In this document: positions 12,006 through 20,000 of the stretch, in pieces
How positions within the stretch are numbered: the stretch's first letter is position 1
How the letters are laid out: each line of letters opens with the position of its first letter
Origin: Lama guanicoe
Taxonomy: Eukaryota
Length of the DNA stretch: 20,000 nucleotides
NCBI GenBank assembly: GCA_013239625.1
Contig: MU053810.1
Location: 3,353,333 to 3,373,332 of the forward strand
Direction of reading: 5' to 3'
Translations under genes and position numbers: made by a program
The notes under the pieces: generated by a model
What the model was told of the DNA's origin: nothing
The model's database searches: none
What the model saw: only the letters and a program-made list of their open reading frames with translations

Positions 12006-13384
12006 CACCTTTCTACAATCCCAATACATCAAGATTAATAATTTAAAAAACCCAGATTAAGGTAAGGTTTTGCTTCTGCCACAGACTGTGTGATGCAGCT
12101 TGGGAACAGAAGCTTCTGAGTCTCGAATCTGTCCCACGTGAGGTGGGGAAACTGGACTCTGACCTGCTAAGGTCCCTCCCATCTCTGACTTCTCTAAGTC
12201 CACCTCCAAGGGAAATGTTCTGAGGAACAATGTGCCCATATTCAATATACAATAGAAGCATCCTAGCAGCATCCTTAGAAAAGTGGGCTTCTGCCAGACA
12301 TATTGTCATTTCATGTCTTTTCATAGTAACCTACACCAACATAGGGCTAAATATTCTTGGAGAGGCGAGGAGTGGAACTGTGGTGAGAGCCGGGGGGTTC
12401 CTGGAAAGTGTGTGGTCCTACAGGCAGAGCAGTGGAGGGACAGACAGTAATGATGCTCTGCTTCTGATGGTGAAATATTACAGCTACACCAAACACTGGC
12501 TTCCAGCCACACATGTCCTTGTTTCATGACTTAGGATTCTGCTGTAATCACCCCGTTGGCTGTAACTGTCTTTCTCGGCATTGGTTATTGTCAGAGCAGA
12601 CTGAGAGCCCTTGGGGATGAAACTTGAAGAAATTGAAATGAACAGAAGTGGGGAAAAGGCTGCTAGCAGCAGGCTCAAGGGACTTGGGAACAAAGGGAGA
12701 ACAGAGCCACCAGCGTGGAGAAGCACATGGTACCCCCATGGCTCTGAATGCTGAAGTGGCTTCTTTTGATGCTGCTGTGTGGCTCTTTAAACAGCCCAGA
12801 TACTTCCTCTGAGAAAATCCCAGTAATAATAAGCCTCTGAGTTTCTCATGGATGAAAACAATACCTACTCGAGTCTCTGGCACCTGGAAGAAATGTTTAC
12901 AGAGCAACGTGGAAGTTGACAGCCCATCGTTTCTGCTGCTCTTGGCCAAATCTGGTGCCTTCAGGGTGATTCACGTGGCAGTTGGAAGTGTGAAAGTATA
13001 TTCAGTGGTGCACAGTAAAAATACAAACTGCAGAAGGAGGAGCCACTGTTTCCTTTTCTCTGCCTCACTTCTTAACCCGCTACCAGGCTTCTGCTCCACC
13101 TGCGTCACTGACAAGGTCACCAGTGATTTTTCTGTTGATGAGTCCAACAGATACTTCTCAGTGTTCATCCCACCTGCCCTGGAAGAGGCTCTTGATTCTG
13201 GGAAAGTCCTCTTCCTCTGGTTTCTGGGATGCCCCTGGAGTGCAAGTTTCTTAACAGCAGGGCACCATGCACTGAGACGTTTCTCATGTCTGGCAAAATG
13301 CTTGCTCTTAATAGATGCTCGGTCAGTATCTGAACAAATGAGCCAGGCTTTCCTGGCTTGTCGCCTATCTCTGTGGCTGATCCT

Positions 13385-14125
13385 TTGCAGGACTCCATTC
13401 CTTTAGCCGCTTCTTCCATGATGATGTTCTCCTGGGCCGCCGCCAGGCACGCTTCTCTCCAACTGATGCGCCCGGCCTGGGTGACCTCATCCACGCTTCC
13501 CCGGCTCTGCTGATCATCCTTCCCCGGAGGTTTCCCAAGCCCTTTTCTCCTGGCTGAAGCCCTCTCTGCAGCCTCTCATGCCTGTTGGACATTTCTACTC
13601 TGATGCGCTGAGCTTTCAAACTACTCCACCCACTCTGCTCCCTCTGTCATTGTCCAAGCTGGAAATTTGGGAGTCATCCTTCACCCCACCCTGCCCTCCC
13701 TCCACACACACCACATTCAGTCTTTGAGTTCTGTGGATCCTTCTGCCCAAATCTCTCTGTATCCCCTCCAGCACCCCAGGTCAGGCCACCATCTACTCTG
13801 GGTTATTTCGACAGCCTCTCCAAATGGTCCTGCTCACCTCTGTGGCCTCATCTCACCCTCTAACTAGAGCACCAGGCGCTCCCCCTCGGCACTCTTGCAC
13901 ACACAGCTCTTTCTCACCTCTTTCTCTAGCTGTCTCCTGCTTATCCTTCAGGTTTGTAAACATCACCTCTTCCAGGAAGACCACCAGGCCAGATTTAGGT
14001 GCCCTTGCTACCTGCTCGCTAGCAAGGCGCTTATCACATGATACTGTCATCTCCTATTTAACATCTGTATCACTTTGCTGATGTGTCTATGTGGTTCATT
14101 ATTTTAGCCCTTGAAGCGAGGACAG
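13385..14125 (+). mobile_element. LINE-2 (L2) 3' region relic
   Basis: L2-like blocks in the expected order: cttccatgatgatgttctcctgg; tgcctgttggacatttctact; caagctggaaatttgggagtcatcctt; caggccaccatc; acatcacctcttccaggaagacc; cccttgaagcgaggac. C/T-rich strand bias. Confidence 0.75.
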
Positions 14126-14604
14126 TAACCAAAGAGAGATTCACAAACACTTCTGGATGAGTAAGTAAAAGGAGATTTCCAAATCTATAAAATTCAAACC
14201 CAAACTGACTGATATCATCCTGAAAGAATTTAAAAACAGAAACCTTGAGCCCAGCTCTCAAATGGTTTGGTCAAGAAAAGGCGCCTCCCAAAGTGACGAG
14301 GAGGAACAGCTGAGAGTGTAGAGGTGCCTTTCACATGAGCAGATTCCAGGTGGGGGCAGTTTAGGGTTACATACAGAAAGCTGCTTCCCAAATTCTTAAA
14401 CGGACTCCAGTGGAATCTGCCTATAGTTTTGCATAATCAACAAACTGGTTCAAATACTACCTACTAGCCAGTGACTCAGAAAAAGGTAAGAAGTCTCCTT
14501 GTCCCTAAGTCTTTACACGGAAAAGACTCGAATCAGGTCTTAACATTTTTTTGTCAGGAGTTCGAAACTCCTTTAAGCCAACATTTTATAGGTGCATTTG
14601 AAGC

Positions 14605-14715
14605 TCAACATCGTCATTTTTACAGGTGAGAAAATTAGGGCTCAAAGAGGCAAAGAAACCGACTCAAGGTCGCACCCGGCTTGTTAGTCCTAAAGCGGGG
14701 TTAGGACCCAGGTGC
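14605..14715 (-). mobile_element. MIR SINE fragment
   Basis: catttttacaggtgagaaaattagggctcaaagaggcaaag...ctcaaggtcgcacc...ggggttaggacccaggt matches the reverse MIR core. Confidence 0.7.
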
Positions 14716-14998
14716 GGAGCTGCACCTGCCGGTCTGGGTCATCACGACTGCAGAGGTGGCTGTGTTTTCAAGACCACGTTGATGTGAAGTGTTGCACCTG
14801 CACTGCAAACTGCTAACTCCTACGTGATTCAACAGGGCAGCGAGCCTGAGGAGGAGAACTGGCGGAGGGTGTCCCCTCAGTTGCGGGGCAGCAGAGGGGG
14901 ACCGGGAAGGATGGCGGTGGAGGAGGACAAGAAGAAGGGACACCAGAGGCGCTGAGCGAGCTCGCCCCAGACCGAGGTGAGACACACCAGGCACTTAC

Positions 14999-15037
14999 CT
15001 TTTCTTTGTCACTGGCTTCTCTAGCCACGGTAGAGCC
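14999..15037 (-). CDS. PIP4K2A: PIP4K2A small coding exon (human exon 6 equivalent), 39 nt
   Basis: The minus strand reads ctgtttcag|GGC TCT ACC GTG GCT AGA GAA GCC AGT GAC AAA GAA AAG|gtaagt = GSTVAREASDKEK. This completes the PIP-kinase YDLK-GS motif and joins the 719-832 exon in frame. Confidence 0.96.
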
Positions 15038-15294
15038 CTGAAACAGAAAGAAGGAATGAAAACGTGCACACGTGGGGCGCTGGTCTCACATGGCTGGTCG
15101 GCAGACGTTTTGGGCAGGGTGCGGAAATGAAGTTTTGCTTTGGAGCCGCCCCCGGAGCCTGCTCTGTCCCCTCCCTGAGGGCGCAGCGCCCTCTGCAGGT
15201 GTTTCTGTCCACCCATCCCCAACCCGTCCCTCGCTGTGCCACCCTGTGCTGCCTTCTCCCGGCTTCTTGTCCTCCTGCTGGAAATCAGAAAACC

Positions 15295-15307
15295 TGAGTC
15301 ACGTGAC
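15295..15307. promoter_or_regulatory. Overlapping AP-1 (TGAGTCA) and CLEAR/USF E-box (GTCACGTGAC) motifs
   Basis: TGAGTCACGTGAC: exact matches to both consensus motifs, within a CpG-enriched zone. The motifs are seen directly; function is unproven. Confidence 0.4.
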
Positions 15308-15589
15308 CAGTAACTTAGTAAACGTGGGGTCAAACCACACTCTCCTTACACCAGCTGCCAGAGAGGGTTGGCCTGCGGGTCTTCAACGTCAAGTGGGCCA
15401 TCAGCTGGCTGCAGAGACCCGAAGGCACTGCAGGCCTCCTTCCCACATTGTGTCTCCCAGGTGGGGCTGCCCTAGACCCGACGGCCCTTCTCCCCGGGTT
15501 TAGGGTTAGATGAATGTGCCTTCCTCACCATGAGAACCACCCACTGGGTACTTTCTGTCCCCCTTCCCTTCGGAGGGCCCTTTAAACAC

Positions 15590-15690
15590 ACATTTACTTG
15601 TACAATTTTGTGCTAGAATCTAGGCTGAGCACAGAGGTATAAAGTAGGAGAAAACACAGTTCTTGGTCTCAGAATTTCTACTCTACTGCA
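15590..15690 (-). mobile_element. L2 3' end fragment
   Basis: catttacttgtacaattttgtgctag...aggctgagcacagaggtataaag...aaacacagtcttggtctcagaatttctactctactg resembles the reverse L2 tail. Confidence 0.55.
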
Positions 15691-15859
15691 CTTGTTTTCA
15701 AAACTCTGCCCTCAGCTCTGGTGGTGTCCAAAATGACTGAGTCCACCTCAGATGCCCTGGGGGGGCCTGGGGTGGCGTGCAGGAAGAGACACAGTCCTTT
15801 GTGGAAGATCTTAATGCGAAAGAAAGACTGGGAAACAAACAGCCAGTGAGTTCCCAACT

Positions 15860-15965
15860 TTGTTCATACAACAATGAGTGTTTGTTCCTGGTGCTCCCTG
15901 GTGACCATCACAGTGTCCCACACAGCAGCACCCAGCGGTCGCTGATAAATGATCAGGGAAGGAAC
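15860..15965 (+). mobile_element. L2 3' end fragment
   Basis: cacagtgtcccacacagcagcacccagcggtcgctgataaatga resembles the L2 tail (cacagtgcctggcacatagtaggcgctcaataaat). Confidence 0.45.
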
Positions 15966-16043
15966 AGCCCGGTCTGCTGCGCCTCCTGGGGCCCTCTAGT
16001 GCTGGACCATAGGACAGCGGAGCAATCTGTCTACTTGACCACC

Positions 16044-16193
16044 ATTTTTTTTTAAATTGAAGTATAGTTGATTTACAGTATTGTGTTAGTTTCTGGTGTA
16101 CAGCATAGCCATTCAGTTATATGTATATATATTCTTTTTTTTAATTGAAGTATAGTCAGTTACAATGTTGTGTCAATTTCTGGTGTACAGCAA
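16044..16193 (-). mobile_element. Two tandem, severely 5'-truncated L1 3' ends
   Basis: T-run + aattgaagtatagttgatttacagtattgtgttagtttctggtgtacagca, then T-run + aattgaagtatagtcagttacaatgttgtgtcaatttctggtgtacagca. Both are the reverse complement of the cetartiodactyl-type L1 3' terminus. Confidence 0.85.
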
Positions 16194-16218
16194 AGGAAAT
16201 TTAACCAACTTTTTAGTC

Positions 16219-16252
16219 TGTGTGTGTGTGTGTGTGTGTGTGTGTTGTGTGT
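16219..16252. repeat. (TG)n microsatellite, ~13 perfect units plus an interrupted tail
   Basis: Seen directly. Confidence 0.95.
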
Positions 16253-16754
16253 TCTCCCTACAATATAATTTACTCTGCTTCTGATTCTCAGTGAAACTTC
16301 TCTATGTAAATGCAAATCATCAGCCTGGAAAAACCTCATCCAGATTTAAATTTGTTCAGAATTTTAAAAATTAAAACACAATGAAAAAGGTAATTCAGTC
16401 AAGGCCAAGCGTTTGAGCCATGAAATGATGCCAGATGTTCAGGTTCCCCCACAACCAAATGTACTGGCAAGAAAAGAGTTTGTTTATTCTGCAGGCTGAA
16501 AAGGGAGATGAAATTGTGAAGGCCAAGGTTCGTTTTAAATTTAACTTTACAAGGTTAGTTTTAACTTAACTATAACATCTGATCTATAAGCATAACTTAC
16601 ATCAGGATGTTCACTAGATGCCTGCTTGAACGAGACACCATCTTAAGCATTTTAGGAGGATAAAAAAAAGTGTGTAGGACACACAAAAAATTGCCTTTCA
16701 GGGACTTACTCGCATAGAATGGATGAGATAACCACCATTCACTCGCCACCACCC

Positions 16755-16945
16755 ACAGGCTGGGTGAGACGCTGGACGTGCCCACACAGATCTCACTCAG
16801 TCCTCACAACAACCAGCAAGGTAGATAAGATGACGTATTTATTCTACAGCTGAAGAAACTGAGGCCCATAAAGGTCCAGCACCTCACACACAGGTGCCAG
16901 GTGGTAACACGGGACCTGTGGCTTCAGAAGTCATCTGGCTTCTTA
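16755..16945 (-). mobile_element. MIR SINE
   Basis: atctcactcagtcctcacaacaaccagcaaggtagat...ttctacagctgaagaaactgaggccc matches reverse MIR. Confidence 0.75.
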
Positions 16946-17159
16946 TGTGGGTGAGTCAGACCACGGGCCAGGCCTACACCGTCCTCAGCAGCAGAAGCTA
17001 AGCAGGTGCTTCATGAGCAAGATGGGTCCAGAGAGCACTGTGGGGGGCTGGGGTTTCCAGGGAAAAAAGAGCTTCGACTGGGAGGCTGCACAGAGCAAGG
17101 CTGTACTGGGGAAGCTGGTGTGGTTCATCTGAACTCTGGATGCTTCCCCTTCCACAGAC

Positions 17160-18436
17160 TTGCATTTCTCAAGGTGTAGTTCAGCACTTAGGGGCCCCAA
17201 GACCCTTTCAGGGGGTCTGTAAACACAAAACTCTTTATAATAACACTATTTGCCTTTTTCACTGTCTTGTTAAAAACAAAAGGTGGGCAAAAAACTGTTG
17301 GCAGTTTAGCACAAATCCAGCTGTGGCACAAAATGGTACAAGTAGTTTGTCATCAAATACATGAATGTCCTCACCAAAGCAGTGACGTTGCTTTATTATG
17401 TCTTGGTGCACATCTTTTCCGTATTCTGTGTGGGAAGTATGCACAAAGCATTCTATTTAAAGCAGGTATGTTTAAAAACAGCCATTTTTGTGATGTTTGA
17501 GTTATGAGCTGGGCTAGCCACTTTTTTCACGAAACATTTTTACATGAATGAACCACTGGGAATCTGCTTATTCAGATCTGGGCATCGGGCAGGTATTCGG
17601 TCAAATACCGAGGAGCAGAGCTGCTGGTGTGGCTGAGCGCTGTGACTTTTCAGCAAACAGCTGGCAGGCCCTGGACAGGCCAGTGGTAAAATGTGAGCTT
17701 TCAAGTACAAATGAAAAATTCTTAAAACTTGTACCCACCACCCTGAGCTTGACAGCTTCTCAGTATGTAAAGACTTTTCTGATACTGGTGGTGATAGTAA
17801 CTTGGCTTCGTGATTAATGAAATGTGTTAGCATTTGGAAGAGCATGACCTCAGTGACGCCATCATTCCAAATGACAACAGCCTGATGTATTCAGACCGGG
17901 GCATGCAGACAGACCGGTGGATTTTAAAAAGTTCACTAATGTGACTTCAGATTCCACACTGAAATTCCGCTTTGAGAAGTCACCACTGGTCAGGTTTAGG
18001 TGTAACATCAAAGAAAAATATCCACAAATTTCTGAAAAAATTATTTAAAAAAATCCATCCTCCCCTTTTCCCACAACGTATTTGTGTAAGGTCTGATTTT
18101 CTTTATACACTCTAATCAAATAACACGGCAACAGACTGACAGCAGAACCAGCCTGGACACTCCAAGTATCTCATACTAAGCCAGACATTAAAGAGATACG
18201 CAGAGCTGTAAAACAGTGCCACCTGTCCCACTCAATTTTTTGATTTGGAAGGTAGTGATTTTTCATAAAAATATACTAACATGCCATGGTTTTACTAAGT
18301 TTTTATCAATTTCTCAATTTCTAACATTGTAAACATCAGTAGACATGTACTATGCAAGCAAAAGCTTTTTTTTGGGGGGGGTGTCCTCTTTTAAGGATGT
18401 GAAGGAGTCCGAGATCAAAAAACTTGAGATCCACTG
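17160..18436 (+). mobile_element. hAT-Charlie DNA transposon fossil, Charlie1a-like, both ends present, decayed transposase remnant
   Basis: Left end ttctcaaggtgtag...agaccctttcagggggtc; right end gagatcaaaaaacttgagatccactg. Internal Charlie1 blocks include gagcttgacagcttc, tcagattccacactg and aagccagacattaaagagat. 18064-18102 translates PFPTTYLCKV*FS, the hAT dimerisation-domain motif with a stop. Confidence 0.9.
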
Positions 18437-18444
18437 ACCGAGAC

Positions 18445-18659
18445 CAAAAGTTGGCAGACTTTTTCTTACCAGGGTCAGAGAGTAAGTGATTCAGGCTTTG
18501 TGGCTCAGAACGGTCTCTGTCACTACTCAACTAGGCCTTCATTTTGCAACCACGCACACTACAGAAGCCATGGGCACTGGCGGGATTCCACTAACGCTAT
18601 TTGCAGAAATGGCCATGTTGGATCTGCCATGCAGGCAGGTCATAGTTTGCCAGCTCCCA
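18445..18659. mobile_element. MER58A-like non-autonomous hAT-Charlie element
   Basis: Decayed TIRs caaaagttggcagac ... gtttgccagctccca; internal caggctttgtggctcagaacggtctctgtcactactcaact; about 215 nt; 8-bp flanks accgagac / acctggac. Confidence 0.85.
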
Positions 18660-18674
18660 ACCTGGACACTCTCT

Positions 18675-18972
18675 AGGGCAGTGATCCCAGAAGTCAGATC
18701 ACCTCACTCCCCCTCGGAAGTTCCAGTGGTCACCTCTCACTCCAGGTCTTTGAAACAGCCTGCCTCCGGGCCCCACCCTTCCTGTCTTTACTTCTGTCCG
18801 TGGCACTGTCACTGCCCAATACATGATGTACTTAGCACTTATCATCTGTCGCCTCTCTTTACCCAACAGAATGTCAGCTCATTGAGTGCAGGTTCTGTTT
18901 TGTTGATCACCCTATTCCCAGCACCTAAAGCAGTGCCTTGCACACTGACGTTCGGTTCATACTAGACATGAA
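18675..18972 (+). mobile_element. L2 3' end relic
   Basis: gtcagatcacctcactcccc...ttccagtgg...cagaatgtcagctcattgagtgcagg...ttttgttgatcaccctattcccagcacctaaagcagtgccttgcaca. Confidence 0.75.
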
Positions 18973-19134
18973 CTCTCACAGGTACAAGTGATCCCTGCTT
19001 AACACAAAGGAGTGCACTGCTGGTTGCCTGGTGGCTTAAGCCCTGAGTGCCTCCCAAGTGTTCACGATCAATTACAACATTTACAACGTGGACAAGCAAG
19101 CTCAATTACCTAATAAAAATCAATCCCACCTTGT

Positions 19135-19275
19135 TGTATTGCATTACATATATATGCTGCATCTTCTTTTTCCATTCATCTATTGATGTGCACTTAGGGT
19201 GCTTCCATATCTTGGCAATTATAAATAATGTTGCCATTAACAGCGGGGTATATGTACCTTTTGGAATTCTTATTT
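19135..19275 (-). mobile_element. L1 internal fragment (ORF2 3' region), older copy
   Basis: catcttctttttccattcatctattgatgtgcacttagggtgcttccatatcttggcaattataaataatgttgc is the common reverse-strand L1 ORF2 C-terminal segment. Confidence 0.85.
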
Positions 19276-19387
19276 AGTCATTGGCTTTATTCCTTTGATA
19301 ACTACGTAAGTTTAAAAAGCTAAAGATCTAAATGTTCTTAGAAACAATGAACAGTACATATATGTAAATTCAAAAAAATATGTGCAA

Positions 19388-20000
19388 GACTTCCGGGCAA
19401 GATGGCGGAGTAGAAGGACGCTTGTAAGCCACCCTCTCCCACAAATACACCAAGACCCACATCTACAGACCCACTCAGCCAACCAGAGCACCTGCGGAAC
19501 TCCAACAGATCATCGCCCTCTTCAAAAGATAAAGACGCCAAAAATCTGGTAGGAGAAAAGGAAAAAAGAAAGAACAAAAGGCAAAGCAGCGCGGGACGGG
19601 TCCCGCGGGGAGGGAGCGGCAAAGGAGGACTGGCGCTTGCTCGCTGGGTCTCCCCTCTCCAACTGAGAGGCCAGCGGGACGGAGGGGGAGCCTCCGAGGC
19701 TCGGATCTGTACAGAGCAGCCCTTGTCTGACAGAACTAAGTTAAACGGGCACAGAGCGTCCCCCCGACACCCAACCTGAGACACGGGCCGGCAGCAGCGG
19801 GCAGGGCCAGGCTACATAATCTGGGCGGAGGACGGGGGCGGCTGCATGGAGGAAACTCCGGGGGACTGCAAGGGGCTGGGCGCCGGGGCTGTGGGTGTAC
19901 AGGACAGAACAACCTGGGCCCTCCATAAAACAGCAAGGTTGATGTGCTCTCGGGGGAAGGGTGCATACCCCCATCTCTGAAAACCCGCGGAAACTTTTCA
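19388..20000 (+). mobile_element. 5' UTR / internal promoter of a young LINE-1, antisense to PIP4K2A, truncated by the window edge
   Basis: Abrupt shift from AT-rich to GC/CpG-rich sequence at GACTTCCGGGCAAGATGGCGGAGTAGAAGGACG, with the L1-typical YY1 site CAAGATGGCG at 19398-19407. Preceded by an endonuclease-like site ttc|aaaaaaatatgtgcaa. Confidence 0.88.

Larger units (their letters stand above)
833..14998 (-). other. PIP4K2A: PIP4K2A intron between the two exons (14,166 nt, GT-AG, phase 0)
   Basis: Donor GTAAGT at 14998-14993 and acceptor AG at 834-833. The flanking peptides are contiguous in the known protein. Positions 1-718 and 15038-20000 are the neighbouring introns; I saw no other PIP4K2A exon. 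Confidence 0.93.

Noticed and set aside
12003..12011. Strong orphan donor AAG|GTGAGT on the sense strand (also CCG|GTGAGT near 1840-1848)
   Set aside because: No strong matching acceptor or coding frame upstream; such decoys are common in long introns.
12852..13406. Longest ORF (184 aa, + strand) and the dense ORF cluster at 12043-13619; considered as a retrocopy or nested gene
   Set aside because: No recognisable protein, composition typical of non-coding DNA (S/L/F/C-rich), no poly(A) tail or TSD, and the right part runs into an L2 relic. A BLASTX/PhyloCSF hit would change this.
14813..15028. ORF MAREASDKEKVSAWC...
   Set aside because: It is the real exon frame read through the GTAAGT donor into the intron, starting at an internal GTG.
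15590..15965. Inverted L2 pair as a possible miR-28/151-type hairpin source
   Set aside because: The tails point outward, the copies are ~170 nt apart, and they are too diverged to show extended pairing.
18486..18965. 159-aa + strand ORF
   Set aside because: Non-ATG start and spans decayed MER58A and L2 sequence.
19338..19784. 148-aa minus-strand ORF
   Set aside because: GTG start, lies in the GC-rich L1 5' UTR and runs out into flanking DNA.

Overview
Mammalian genomic DNA, very likely camelid (camel/alpaca/llama), judged from a vic-1-type tRNA-Ala SINE and the L1 sequences. The whole window lies inside PIP4K2A on the minus strand. Two coding exons are present: 14999-15037 (GSTVAREASDKEK, 39 nt) and 719-832 ([12 protein letters not shown]...LKKDVE, 114 nt), equivalent to human exons 6 and 7 and separated by a 14,166-nt GT-AG intron. 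The rest is intron containing old MIR and L2 relics, a near-complete hAT Charlie1a-like fossil abutting a MER58A-like element, short L1 3' fragments, the SINE, microsatellites, and the CpG-rich 5' UTR of an apparently young L1 that runs off the right edge. I recognise no other protein in the ORF track and found no convincing new biological system. The best leads are modest: a young L1 with ORF0-like antisense ORFs, a candidate recursive splice site/poison exon in mid-intron, an overlapping AP-1/CLEAR motif in a CpG-rich zone beside the small exon, and two hAT elements sharing one target site. Repeat family names come from recalled consensus similarity, not a database search, and repeat boundaries are approximate.
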